Shown here piece after piece: positions 25,843 through 35,149 of a stretch of 64,000 nt of DNA; the stretch's first letter is position 1; every line of letters begins with the position of its first letter. Made by a program: the position numbers and the translations under genes. The notes under the pieces are model-generated. The model was not told the DNA's origin. It did not search any database and saw only the letters and a list, made by a program, of their open reading frames with translations. Source of the stretch: a virus; IMG/VR virus record IMGVR_UViG_3300036859_000232, positions 3,408 to 67,407 of that record. The stretch is one strand, 5' to 3'.

Positions 25843-27491
25843 TGACGCTCACCGATAGTCTTCGCTTCCCCGAATGGGTCGACCCCGAACGCTGGGAAAA
25901 CAGCCAACAGTCCGTCTTCGAGGAAGTCGTCGCACGTTTCGATGAAGGGAACCGTATCGTTCTACTCGACAATCCGTGCGGTGGTGGAAAGTCTCTCCTC
26001 GCGTACATGGTGCATCAGGCCGTCAGCGAATCGTCGTACTATCTCGTCGGGACCAAGGGACTCCAGGACCAGATCGAACGCACACTCGGTCTTCCTGTCA
26101 TCAAGGGCCGCGCGAACTACATTCCCAACGGTGTCGACAATCCGACCGGTCACTACACCGAGCCGACATGTTCCGACTGCGACTACGACAACCGTACAGA
26201 CATGTGCTCGTATTGCACGAAGCCTGCGTTCTGTCCGTACTCATCGGCAAAGGAACTTGCGGCCATGCACCCTCTCCCTTGCGCCAATTACTCCTACGCT
26301 CTCGGCGAGTGGACATCTCCACGTTCGACGTTCCGTGACCGTCAGCTCGTCATCTGCGACGAGTCCGACACGATCATCGACCAACTGAAGTCATTCGTCT
26401 CCGTCGACATCTCGCCGCGGATGCAGCAACGCCTCCATCTCTCACCACCTGCACGCAAGACCGTTGAGTCCGCATGGGAGGAATGGTTCGACTACGCCAT
26501 CCCGCACATCTCAGCCGAACGCACCAAGATCATCGGCAAGACACTGGAGAACCGACGCCTGCGTGAAAGGTATGCACGTCTCCTCGACAAACTCACATTC
26601 ATCTCCGAAAACCTCGAAGGCTGGGTCTACGAGTACGAGCGTGACTACATTTCGTTCAAGCCGGTGACCGTCAATATGCTCGCGAATCAGTACCTCTGGA
26701 AGCACGGCGAGAAATTCCTGTTGATGACCGGGAGCGGTGGATCCCCAGAACAGGACATGAAAGATCTTGGCTTCGAGGGTGCGTGGGCTCCGGTGTTTGC
26801 TCCATCGACGTTCGATAAGTCCAGACGACCGATCTACCTATGCCCGTCTGCACGCATGACGAAGAAGACGGAAGTGACCGAGATGCCGAAGATGGCGCAG
26901 GCGTTCCTTGCGACGATCGACATGTATCCGGACTCGAAGATCCTCGTCCACACGCATTCGTATGCGCTGACGAAGACGCTCCTGAACGCGTACGAGGACT
27001 GGTACGACGACCAGGGGTACGATGTCTCGCTATCAGAAGGACGTCGCGTATTCGCCTACCTCAGCGGTGAAGAGAAGAACATCGCGCTCGCCGCGTTCGA
27101 CAAGATAGAAAATGCCGTTCTTTTGGCCCCATCGCTCGACCGTGGTTACGACAATCCCGACATCGACGTCTGCATCATTACGAAGGTTCCGTCTCCATAC
27201 CTCGGGTCGAAGCAGGTCAGTAAACGTCTTCGCGAGTACACGGATGGTGAGGCATGGTACGCCAACGAGACCATCAAGTCCCTTGTCCAGATGTACGGCC
27301 GCGTAATGCGAAGTGAAGAGGATCAAGGAATCACGATTATCTTGGATTCGATGTTCCCTATCTTCCACGGTCGTTGGAAGCGGATGTTCCCGAAGCATGT
27401 CAACGAGGCCATCGAGTCGAACTCGGCTATCCGTTTCCAACTCCGTCAGAGGATCCGCAATCAACCATCGTCATTCACTGCAACGTCTTGA
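25842..27491 (+). CDS. DinG/Rad3-like SF2 helicase
   Basis: Q motif, NPCGGGKS, Cys cluster (CSDC, CSYC, CPY), DESD, KVPSP, QMYGRVMR and ILDS motifs. Confidence 0.85.
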   Translation: MTLTDSLRFPEWVDPERWENSQQSVFEEVVARFDEGNRIVLLDNPCGGGKSLLAYMVHQAVSESSYYLVGTKGLQDQIERTLGLPVIKGRANYIPNGVDNPTGHYTEPTCSDCDYDNRTDMCSYCTKPAFCPYSSAKELAAMHPLPCANYSYALGEWTSPRSTFRDRQLVICDESDTIIDQLKSFVSVDISPRMQQRLHLSPPARKTVESAWEEWFDYAIPHISAERTKIIGKTLENRRLRERYARLLDKLTFISENLEGWVYEYERDYISFKPVTVNMLANQYLWKHGEKFLLMTGSGGSPEQDMKDLGFEGAWAPVFAPSTFDKSRRPIYLCPSARMTKKTEVTEMPKMAQAFLATIDMYPDSKILVHTHSYALTKTLLNAYEDWYDDQGYDVSLSEGRRVFAYLSGEEKNIALAAFDKIENAVLLAPSLDRGYDNPDIDVCIITKVPSPYLGSKQVSKRLREYTDGEAWYANETIKSLVQMYGRVMRSEEDQGITIILDSMFPIFHGRWKRMFPKHVNEAIESNSAIRFQLRQRIRNQPSSFTATS

Positions 27492-27517
27492 TTCTGTCGT
27501 CACTATCGACTACGATT
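27488..27517 (+). promoter_or_regulatory. Sigma70-type promoter
   Basis: TTGATT-17-TACGAT. Confidence 0.5.
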
Positions 27518-27706
27518 CATTGTCCACTGCGGGAGGAACGGGATGCTCATGAAGTGACTAACCAGGCAACGACTCGTTTTCCTTGCTCGTCGCTGCCGGG
27601 ATGTGTCACCGCCGATGGCGCGTACACGTGCTCGGCTGGCGGGACCTCCCGCAAGAGGTACGGCCATCCCGGCAGCGATCTTTCAGCCGACGAGAGGAGG
27701 TAGCGC

Positions 27707-27871
27707 ATGACCGACGAGCACTGGAGCGAGACACACGACAACATCGTGGCGCTCGCAACACATCTCGTCCACGAGGAGGGATGGGACGCTCATCAACTCC
27801 TCGAACTCATCGAGAAACCGTGGCACTTCGACGCGGAGTGGACGGCCTATAAGGAAGGGAAGGTGGCGTAG
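27707..27871 (+). CDS. 54-aa hypothetical protein
   Basis: CCGACGAGAGGAGG leader. MTDEHW...IEKPWHF. Confidence 0.65.
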   Translation: MTDEHWSETHDNIVALATHLVHEEGWDAHQLLELIEKPWHFDAEWTAYKEGKVA

Positions 27872-28600
27872 ATGGCTCCCTGGGGAGACGAAGCAACACT
27901 CGGTTCCGGTCTACCGGATCGGTTCCAGTTCACGGTGAGCAACTCGCGCGCGAAGTACCCGTACGAGAAGAACCCGACGCAGGTTGCCATCGTCATCGAG
28001 GGCGAGCAGAACATCGACGGCGAGATCGAGGATAACCACCTGTGGCTGAAGCCGGGAACCGCGTTCGAGACTGGTGACGAAGAGGGTACATTCCTCGTTC
28101 ACCAGGAGCAGACACCGGACGTGTACGACGGCGGTGGTCCTAAGCCGAAGAAGATCAACAAGAACTCGGCATACGGGAAGTTCCTCGCATCGGCCATCAG
28201 CGTCATCGGGATCGACGAACTCGCCGCGCATCAGGAAGCGACGCACCCCGAGCAGTCCAAGTACCAGATCTGGGACGTGACGTTCTGGGAAGGACTGGTC
28301 CTCGACATCGAGGTCGTCGACGAGCCGTTCGACTTCACGGACGACGAGGGCAAGGAAGTCAAGGGTGTCTCGCGTCAGCCATACGTGCGGGCGCTGTTGG
28401 GAAAAGCCGACGTGAGCACTGCGACTGGTGCGGCCACTCCCACGCCGGAGGCCCAGAACACTGCGCCGACGCAGAACGGAAAGCCTGCACCTGGTGACTA
28501 CCCGAACGCTCTCGCCTACATCGAGGCCGTGCAGAAGGCCGGTGGCGACGTGAGTGACGTCGCGGCATTGCAAGCCGAGTGGACCGCGGCGCAAGCCTGA
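27872..28600 (+). CDS. Putative ssDNA-binding / recombination protein
   Basis: Beta-rich acidic protein with a flexible C-terminus, located next to the nuclease. Function inferred from position. Confidence 0.45.
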   Translation: MAPWGDEATLGSGLPDRFQFTVSNSRAKYPYEKNPTQVAIVIEGEQNIDGEIEDNHLWLKPGTAFETGDEEGTFLVHQEQTPDVYDGGGPKPKKINKNSAYGKFLASAISVIGIDELAAHQEATHPEQSKYQIWDVTFWEGLVLDIEVVDEPFDFTDDEGKEVKGVSRQPYVRALLGKADVSTATGAATPTPEAQNTAPTQNGKPAPGDYPNALAYIEAVQKAGGDVSDVAALQAEWTAAQA

Positions 28601-28601
28601 C

Positions 28602-28844
28602 GTGCCTGCCATCGATAGCAAGTTCGGGTGGGTCACAACATCCGTCGAGTCGCTCATCGATGACGAACCTGTCTTCATCATCCGAGCGAAGGACAAGGCG
28701 TCGATTCCGGCGCTGTTGAGTTACGCCGAGCACGCACACTACGCGGGTGCGTCGGCTGAGTTCGTGAACGATGTCATCGCTTCAGTGAAGAGATTCGAGT
28801 CGTGGCAGTTGAAGAACGGTGACATCGTAAAGGCACCGGACTAG
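28602..28844 (+). CDS. Hypothetical protein (DEPVFxxRAKD family)
   Basis: DEPVFIIRAKD...K.PD. Confidence 0.7.
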   Translation: MPAIDSKFGWVTTSVESLIDDEPVFIIRAKDKASIPALLSYAEHAHYAGASAEFVNDVIASVKRFESWQLKNGDIVKAPD

Positions 28845-29032
28845 TGACCGATCACACACTGACCCTTGGGCGATGCGAATACTGCGACAAGCCGTTGCAG
28901 CAGTCGCCCAAGGGTCGCGACAAGAAGTTCTGCGACAAGACGTGTCAATCGAAGAAACGAGCCGAGGACAAGCGGTATGGGCAAGGACATCGCATCGATC
29001 GAAGTGTGGGCTCGTCTGAACACGCTCGATAA
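28844..29032 (+). CDS. Small Zn-finger protein (CxxC...FCxxxC)
   Basis: CEYC...GR.KKFCDKTC. Confidence 0.55.
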   Translation: MTDHTLTLGRCEYCDKPLQQSPKGRDKKFCDKTCQSKKRAEDKRYGQGHRIDRSVGSSEHAR

Positions 29033-29135
29033 GGGCGAGCAGTACACACACGACAGCAAGCGTTGGGCTGAATTGGTCAATCGCCTCTACGCATTGACCG
29101 AAGAGTTCACAGATATCGAGGCGAGTGTCCGATGA
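28977..29135 (+). CDS. Hypothetical small protein
   Basis: ATG 28977. ATGA coupled to the nuclease gene. Confidence 0.45.
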   Translation: MGKDIASIEVWARLNTLDKGEQYTHDSKRWAELVNRLYALTEEFTDIEASVR

Positions 29136-30241
29136 CGCCGAAGTGGCAGGTCGGTAAGGAACCGTGGGTTTACTACGATCAGAACGCGGGCTTCCAAGTC
29201 TATCGGGCATCAGTTATTGGCGGGTGTATTCGGTCGCTCGTCGCTGCTCGGTTAGGTGAGAGTCCGTTTCCTCTACACGCGAACCTTCGGAAGTCCTTGG
29301 ATGCGAGTGGTGGGCTGGAGGACGAGACCATCCGCAGGTTCACTATCGAGATGGCGAGCAGCGACGTCATCTGGCGACAAAAGATGGTCGAGTTAGTCGT
29401 TCCAACACCTAACTGCGAGTACGAGCAGGTCATCGTTCGCGGTCGCATCGACGGCATGTACCAGCTCGACGACTCCATCCTTGAAGTGAAGAACTTCGGC
29501 GACAACTACTTCGAGAAGTGGCACGACGGTTACAACCGCGGCGGCGTACTCGAAGGACTGGACGTGTTGCCGGGGTTCCTCGGTCAGAAATACCGCGTGC
29601 AGGGAGGGATCTACGGGCACGCGGCGGAACGGAAGGTGCGGTACGTCATCGGGCACAAGGTGAAGAAGCTTGGTGACGAAGACCTCGTAACCGGCGTGAC
29701 GGATGAAACGTGGGTCATTGAGGAAATCGACATCTCCCCGCCCATCGTCCCCAACGACCTCTACCCACTCGCCGACCTGCACGCGCGTATCCAATTCATC
29801 GAGGAGTGTGCCGCCAACGACGAACTCCCCGAGTGCGATCAGAACTGTCGTGAGGGAGATCCGTACGGTGAGTCGCACTTCTTCGCTGGTCCGAAGAAAG
29901 GCGATGACGACGACCTCAGCAAAATGATCCGGATGGACGAGCTACGCGAACTCCTCGGGTCAAAGGGTGAGGACGACGGAACGAAACGCTGGGGGCTGCT
30001 GGGCGAGTACGAGGACTTGAAGGACTACTTCAAGAACTCATACGGCAATCAGCAGCACACGGAGAAAGTGACGGCGGGTCCGTTCACTGCATCGGTGGTC
30101 CCGTACAAAGGACGCATGACGGTGGACGCGAAGTGGCTGAAGAAATCGCATCCGGATATCTACGACCAGTCGCTCAAGCCGGGTAGGCCGTACTTCATGG
30201 TGACGGTGAAGAAGGCCAAGTCGGAACAGGGAGAGGAGTAA
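29132..30241 (+). CDS. Cas4/RecB-like PD-(D/E)XK exonuclease
   Basis: RASVIGGC.R, GRIDG...ILEVK and Y..Q..IY motifs. Confidence 0.8.
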   Translation: MTPKWQVGKEPWVYYDQNAGFQVYRASVIGGCIRSLVAARLGESPFPLHANLRKSLDASGGLEDETIRRFTIEMASSDVIWRQKMVELVVPTPNCEYEQVIVRGRIDGMYQLDDSILEVKNFGDNYFEKWHDGYNRGGVLEGLDVLPGFLGQKYRVQGGIYGHAAERKVRYVIGHKVKKLGDEDLVTGVTDETWVIEEIDISPPIVPNDLYPLADLHARIQFIEECAANDELPECDQNCREGDPYGESHFFAGPKKGDDDDLSKMIRMDELRELLGSKGEDDGTKRWGLLGEYEDLKDYFKNSYGNQQHTEKVTAGPFTASVVPYKGRMTVDAKWLKKSHPDIYDQSLKPGRPYFMVTVKKAKSEQGEE

Positions 30242-30243
30242 GG

Positions 30244-30438
30244 GTGGAAGACGTCGTCCGCGAACTAGAGAAGGCCGCGGGAGTTCTTCGCGCAGTCGAG
30301 CGATACCTCATCGCCTACAACGAGTCGATGGCCGCGCTCCACATGAGCGAGAAGGTCATGCAGTCGCCTCTCACGTCAGCCGTTCAGAACGCAGCATTCG
30401 ACGCCGAACAAGCCGCACTTCGACTCAAGGGAGAGTAA
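30244..30438 (+). CDS. Hypothetical protein
   Basis: AGGAG RBS, GTG start. Confidence 0.55.
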   Translation: MEDVVRELEKAAGVLRAVERYLIAYNESMAALHMSEKVMQSPLTSAVQNAAFDAEQAALRLKGE

Positions 30439-30442
30439 CGGG

Positions 30443-30811
30443 ATGGCAACCAAGACAGAAGACCCGAAGTACGTCCGCATCACCGACAAGGGTGTCGCCG
30501 ACGCGCGCCGCTACCACATGTTCAAGGACTGTTCGACGCTCCGCGGTGCCGAGGACATCGATCTGGAGACGATCTCCGACCGAGAAGCAACACTCCTCGG
30601 TGTGTCGGTGTGCTCGGTCTGCGAGAAGCGGAAGAGTGGTGGACCGGCGATCGATGCACTGGAGGGATTCTTCGGCGAGGACTTCCCCACGTACGGTGGG
30701 GAACCACGTGAACTCGCATGGAAACTGGTCGACTACCTGAAGGAACGCAACATCTACCTCGCGCAGCGTGGGGTTCGTGGCGAGAAGACCGAGGAGCCTG
30801 CGTCCGAGTGA
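30443..30811 (+). CDS. Hypothetical Zn-binding protein
   Basis: YH...C..L...CSVC. Confidence 0.65.
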   Translation: MATKTEDPKYVRITDKGVADARRYHMFKDCSTLRGAEDIDLETISDREATLLGVSVCSVCEKRKSGGPAIDALEGFFGEDFPTYGGEPRELAWKLVDYLKERNIYLAQRGVRGEKTEEPASE

Positions 30812-31026
30812 ACATCCAGACGCTTCTCCTCCAAGCCGAAGAGTGCGCTGACGTCGCGCTCGACAAGATCCACGAACAACGCGGCGAACTCATGGAAGTC
30901 GGGCTGACCGCGTATCAGCTCGGCGTCATCACCGGCAAGCTCGCGGACATTGTCGGTCAGCTACACACGGCGCGACGGATGATGCCGGGTTATCAGCGGA
31001 ACGGAGGCGCATCATCCCACTCGTAG
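30808..31026 (+). CDS. Hypothetical protein
   Basis: GAGGAG RBS, GTGA coupled. Confidence 0.55.
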   Translation: MNIQTLLLQAEECADVALDKIHEQRGELMEVGLTAYQLGVITGKLADIVGQLHTARRMMPGYQRNGGASSHS

Positions 31027-31850
31027 AACCAGACAACCTCCGCGAGAAGCTTCTCGTCATCGGTGGCGGCGGCGCAGGAAAGACAACCATGTGGCTCTCT
31101 ATCGCGTGGTGGGCATTCCTCTCCGGTGACACCCGCAAGTTCTACGTCCTCGACACCGACGACGAAGCCGTCCTTCACGTGATGAATGAGCCCAAGTACG
31201 ACGGGATGCTTCACTCGTTCAACGGCGAGATCCACAACGAGGGCGGCAACATCATCCTGTGGTCGGCCTACGAGTGGGACGAATACGAACGCTTCTCCAC
31301 CTACGACAACTGGGAGAAATCAATCGCCGCCAAGGCGAAGAAGGGTGACTGGATAATCATCGACTTTGTCACGCACGTATGGACCGCAGCACAGGAAGGG
31401 TTCCTCCACGATGCGGTGAACAAGACCCGTGGCAAGGTGCTCTCGGATGCAGGGAAAGCCGGTCTCGAAGGCTGGGACATGTTCAAGACCGACTTCAACT
31501 GGAACGCAATCAACGGGGCCTACTACGACTTCATCAAACCCATCCTCATCAAGTCTCGCGCGCATGTGTTCCTGGCCGCGGAAGAGGAACCGATCAACCT
31601 CGACGCGAAGAAACTTGCCGATGAGTTGAAGGAACACGGCGCGCAGTTCGGAAAGTGGAAGGCTGTCGGTCAGAAGAAGTTGGCATACCAGTGCCGATCG
31701 TATCTACGTGTGCAGAGATTAGCGAGAGGAAGGGTCCTGCACACGAACGGTAAGGACCGGGCGCGGAAAGAGTTGAGTGGCGCGGACATGAAGCCGGACT
31801 TCTTCTCGGCCTACCTTCGTGACATAGCGGGCTGGAAGGTCGAACAATGA
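31014..31850 (+). CDS. AAA/RecA-like (Sak4-type) ATPase, probable ATC start
   Basis: Walker A GGGGAGKT lies upstream of the first ATG (31089). GGAGG-6nt-ATC at 31014. YVLDTD and IIID motifs. Confidence 0.75.
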   Translation: MPLVEPDNLREKLLVIGGGGAGKTTMWLSIAWWAFLSGDTRKFYVLDTDDEAVLHVMNEPKYDGMLHSFNGEIHNEGGNIILWSAYEWDEYERFSTYDNWEKSIAAKAKKGDWIIIDFVTHVWTAAQEGFLHDAVNKTRGKVLSDAGKAGLEGWDMFKTDFNWNAINGAYYDFIKPILIKSRAHVFLAAEEEPINLDAKKLADELKEHGAQFGKWKAVGQKKLAYQCRSYLRVQRLARGRVLHTNGKDRARKELSGADMKPDFFSAYLRDIAGWKVEQ

Positions 31851-32077
31851 TGCAGCGTCCGGGCCTTTTCCGCGATGCCATTGGTGCGTTCGTCAGTGTC
31901 CAGCTCGCCACCATCCTCAACATCGCCATGCGTGCATTCGTCATCATGTTCGTTGCGGCGGTTGTGGCGAAGAGGTTCGATGTGTTCGCGGCTGTTGGGT
32001 ACGTCGAGAGTCTCGCGTGGTCGGCGGGATACGACCTCGTACGCGAACTCATTCCTGGAAGAAAGGACGAGTCATAA
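31847..32077 (+). CDS. Small membrane protein
   Basis: Hydrophobic segments. Coupled. Confidence 0.55.
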   Translation: MMQRPGLFRDAIGAFVSVQLATILNIAMRAFVIMFVAAVVAKRFDVFAAVGYVESLAWSAGYDLVRELIPGRKDES

Positions 32078-33687
32078 CACTTCCAATCGCTGTTCGATTC
32101 TCACTTCCGAACGAAGCAGTCTCGCAGTCCTTCGGGCTACTTGCTATGCGTGGAGCCGGGAAATCGAATGCTGCCGTTGTCGTGGCAGAGACGATGTTCG
32201 ACGAAGGTATCCCATGGGTTGCCATTGATCCGAAAGGTGACTGGTACGGGATACGTTCATCGTCAACTGGGAAGAAGCCCGGACTGTCCATTCCCGTGTT
32301 CGGCGGTATCCACGGAGACATTCCTCTTCATGCTGATGGGGGAGTTTTACTCGCTGATCTCATCATCGACGAGCGACTGACCTGTGTAGTAGACGTATCC
32401 GAGTTTACGAAGGGTGAGCAGACACGGTTTCTCGTCGACATGGCCGACAGACTCTTTCGTCGTCAACGACGTAGTCCGGAGCCCATGCATCTGTTCCTCG
32501 AAGAAGCACACGAGTACCTTCCGCAGCGCGTGATGCGCGATCAAGCCGTACTCGTCGGGCTGTGGTCTCGCATCGTCAAGCAAGGACGGGCATTCGGTCT
32601 CGGATGTACGGTCATCTCACAGCGTTCGGCATCGCTGAACAAAGACGTTCTCACGCAAATCGGGACGCTCATCGTTATGCGGACCCTTTCACCCCAGGAT
32701 CGCAAGGCCATCAAGGACTGGGTCGACGAGTACGACGTCGACTCTACGATGCTGAAGTCGCTTCCCGAACTCGAAGATGGTGAGGCATGGGTGTGGTCGC
32801 CACAGTTCCTCAAGGTCTTCAAGCGCGTGAAGTTCCACCAGCGTCGGACGTTCGATAGTGGCGCGACTCCGAAACTCGGGAAGATCCGTGCGCCTAAGAC
32901 ACTTGCTCATATCGATATCAAGGCGATTGAGGCAAAGTGGGCTGAGTCGATCGAGCGCGCAAAGGAAGAGGATCCGCGAGAACTTCGTCGGAGGATTGCT
33001 GAATTGGAGCACAAGCTCATTCAGTCGAACGGGAAAGTCGAGCGAGTGGAGGTCGAAGTATCCATACCTACCCCGTACGTTCCAGAGATCATTGTCTCTC
33101 GCGTCAAAGAGGCTGAAGACATTCTTGGACAGTTACGGTTCTTCATAGCGAAACTGCCAACTAAGGTCGAAGAGAAGAAGGTCGTCCGTGAGGTTTCCTC
33201 CATCCGTAAGGACGAGGTCTCGCCCGTTCGACCGTCCGGGCGATCCGCAACGCCTCCGGACGACCTCTCTCTCGGTAAGGCTGAACGATCCGTTCTATCG
33301 ATTCTCGCGCAGTTTCCGAAAGGCCGAACGTTCAATCAGCTCGCACTTCTCACGGGTTACTCACCACGCGCTTCGACGGTAAAGGTGGCCGTAAGCAAAC
33401 TTCGCCGCATGGGTTACGTTGCGAACGGTCAGCCCATCAAGCCGACAGACGAAGGATTAACTGCGATCGAGGGGCACTACGAACCTCTTCCTCAGGGTGG
33501 GGCATTGCTCGACTACTGGCGCAATGAACTCGGTAAGGCTGAACGTTCGATACTCGACATCCTGGTGAAGAGGTATCCGGACGGAACGGACATCGATGCG
33601 GTTGCGCGCATTACTGGTTACAGTCCGGACGCTTCGACCATCAAGGTTGCGATGAGCAAGTTGCGCCGATTGGAATTAGCGTCTTGA
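32074..33687 (+). CDS. HerA/FtsK-like ATPase with C-terminal duplicated winged-helix, probable ATA start
   Basis: RGAGKS, IDPKGDW, EEAHEY.PQ, GRAFG and QRSA motifs. Two LGKAERS.L.IL...TGYS..AST.KVA.SKLRR repeats. Confidence 0.85.
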   Translation: MTLPIAVRFSLPNEAVSQSFGLLAMRGAGKSNAAVVVAETMFDEGIPWVAIDPKGDWYGIRSSSTGKKPGLSIPVFGGIHGDIPLHADGGVLLADLIIDERLTCVVDVSEFTKGEQTRFLVDMADRLFRRQRRSPEPMHLFLEEAHEYLPQRVMRDQAVLVGLWSRIVKQGRAFGLGCTVISQRSASLNKDVLTQIGTLIVMRTLSPQDRKAIKDWVDEYDVDSTMLKSLPELEDGEAWVWSPQFLKVFKRVKFHQRRTFDSGATPKLGKIRAPKTLAHIDIKAIEAKWAESIERAKEEDPRELRRRIAELEHKLIQSNGKVERVEVEVSIPTPYVPEIIVSRVKEAEDILGQLRFFIAKLPTKVEEKKVVREVSSIRKDEVSPVRPSGRSATPPDDLSLGKAERSVLSILAQFPKGRTFNQLALLTGYSPRASTVKVAVSKLRRMGYVANGQPIKPTDEGLTAIEGHYEPLPQGGALLDYWRNELGKAERSILDILVKRYPDGTDIDAVARITGYSPDASTIKVAMSKLRRLELAS

Positions 33688-33722
33688 TGGGCTGCGAGTC
33701 AAGAATTTATGGACGCAATCCG

Positions 33723-33953
33723 ATGAACTCACCTGCCGACTTCGACGCGCTCACCTGCTCGCGGAAGAAGAAGGGCGAAATCGCGATGATGTTGCAAGTC
33801 TGGAACGAGAGCATCTATCGCGGTGGATTCAGTGAGTCTCATCATCAGGGTGGCGGCATCCTCGGGATCAACTACTACGCAAAGGTTCGTACCGCCGCGA
33901 AGAAGGTCGGTCTGATGGTTGGGACTATCCCTTGGAACCCGAGGAAGATATGA
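33723..33953 (+). CDS. Hypothetical protein
   Basis: ORF coupled to the ERCC4 gene. Confidence 0.5.
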   Translation: MNSPADFDALTCSRKKKGEIAMMLQVWNESIYRGGFSESHHQGGGILGINYYAKVRTAAKKVGLMVGTIPWNPRKI

Positions 33954-34645
33954 CGAAGTTCCTTGTCTCCCCTGCCGAACGCCCACCAATCACCACGCTT
34001 GGTACGAACTCGCCACTCCCCGAACGTGTCGGCTCAGACATCATCTGGCAGGGCGCGGAGGGGCTCGCGGGCTGTCAGCGCAAAGCCATCCCCGACCTCA
34101 TCTCGTCTGTTCACGACAACCGACTCGGACGCGAGGTCGGACAGATGTCCAAAGCCGACCTGCGTTACCGATTCCTCGTCATCGAGGGTCAACCGTCCTG
34201 GGACCGTGAAGGCAATCTTGCAGGGTCGAGGTCACGTTGGTCGATACGTCAGCACAACGGCGTACTCTTGTCCGTCCAACAGCAAGGGATCCAGGTCGTC
34301 TCGTCACGTACGTCACTGGAGACATGCGCGGTCATCCAACACCTGTACGATTGGACGCAAAAGAAGGACCACGTGTCGAGTCTGCTGGCGCGAGAGAAGA
34401 CGCCGAAGAACGGATGGGGGCAGGTCGACGACAAGACAACGTTCGTTCACTTCTTTAGCGCGGTCGACGACATCAAGGACAAGATGGCCGCGAGGATCTA
34501 TGACATGTACGGAAATATCCTGACGCTAACGGTCGGTGAGGAGGAGTTGTTCAAGGTACCGGGACTAGGACCCAAGAGAGTCGCAAGCATCCTGAAAACG
34601 TTCGGGGTTGTTCAGCAGTCATCCACACGGGACGGTGGGTCATGA
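33950..34645 (+). CDS. ERCC4-type nuclease with HhH
   Basis: D...QRK...DLISS..D.RL, LVIEG, and VPGLGPKR HhH. Confidence 0.8.
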   Translation: MTKFLVSPAERPPITTLGTNSPLPERVGSDIIWQGAEGLAGCQRKAIPDLISSVHDNRLGREVGQMSKADLRYRFLVIEGQPSWDREGNLAGSRSRWSIRQHNGVLLSVQQQGIQVVSSRTSLETCAVIQHLYDWTQKKDHVSSLLAREKTPKNGWGQVDDKTTFVHFFSAVDDIKDKMAARIYDMYGNILTLTVGEEELFKVPGLGPKRVASILKTFGVVQQSSTRDGGS

Positions 34646-34947
34646 GCGACGGTGTTCTGAACCGCAACTGGCGGGCCGAGATCGGCTCCCGCATCCTCAC
34701 GGTCGAGCAGCGCGAAGGCTCCTGGACCGACTGGAGTACGGAGCCCGAGACGAAGCGAGAGGGACCGTACTGGACCGTCATCGACAAGGACACGCAGCAG
34801 CAGATCGGATCGTTCGGCATGGCTGTCGAGATGGCGACGAAGGAAGCGGCGATGAAGGAAGGCGAGCGGTTCGGGTCGAAGTGGGACTGGCCGATGGTCG
34901 ACCCCGACGAACTCGCGGAGCACAAGAGAACGGACGCCGATGGCTGA
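34642..34947 (+). CDS. Hypothetical cassette gene
   Basis: ATGA coupled. Ends AEHKRTDADG. Confidence 0.65.
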   Translation: MSDGVLNRNWRAEIGSRILTVEQREGSWTDWSTEPETKREGPYWTVIDKDTQQQIGSFGMAVEMATKEAAMKEGERFGSKWDWPMVDPDELAEHKRTDADG

Positions 34948-35149
34948 GGGCAAGCTCGTCTGCGAAATCGAGGCGCTCTGCGAGAAATGCGGCACCTGGC
35001 ATTCGGTCGTCCTGACCGACACGAACACACCGGGCCGGGAGGAATGGACGATCCGTATGCGCTGTCTCGCCTGCGGGTTCGCTCCGCTCGCGACCGCGGG
35101 CAAGCAGGTCCGACGACTGGCTCACAACGAGTCCGGCGGTGACGAGTGA
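34940..35149 (+). CDS. Zn-ribbon cassette gene
   Basis: CEKC...CLACG. Ends AHNESGGDE. Confidence 0.6.
   Translation: MAEGKLVCEIEALCEKCGTWHSVVLTDTNTPGREEWTIRMRCLACGFAPLATAGKQVRRLAHNESGGDE

Noticed and set aside
29132-30241. CRISPR-associated cas4
   Set aside because: Stand-alone phage PD-(D/E)XK nuclease with no array or other cas genes.
27543-33726. Genome-wide TGA reassignment
   Set aside because: Most genes end in TGA with ATGA/TGATG coupling, and long conserved genes have no internal TGA.
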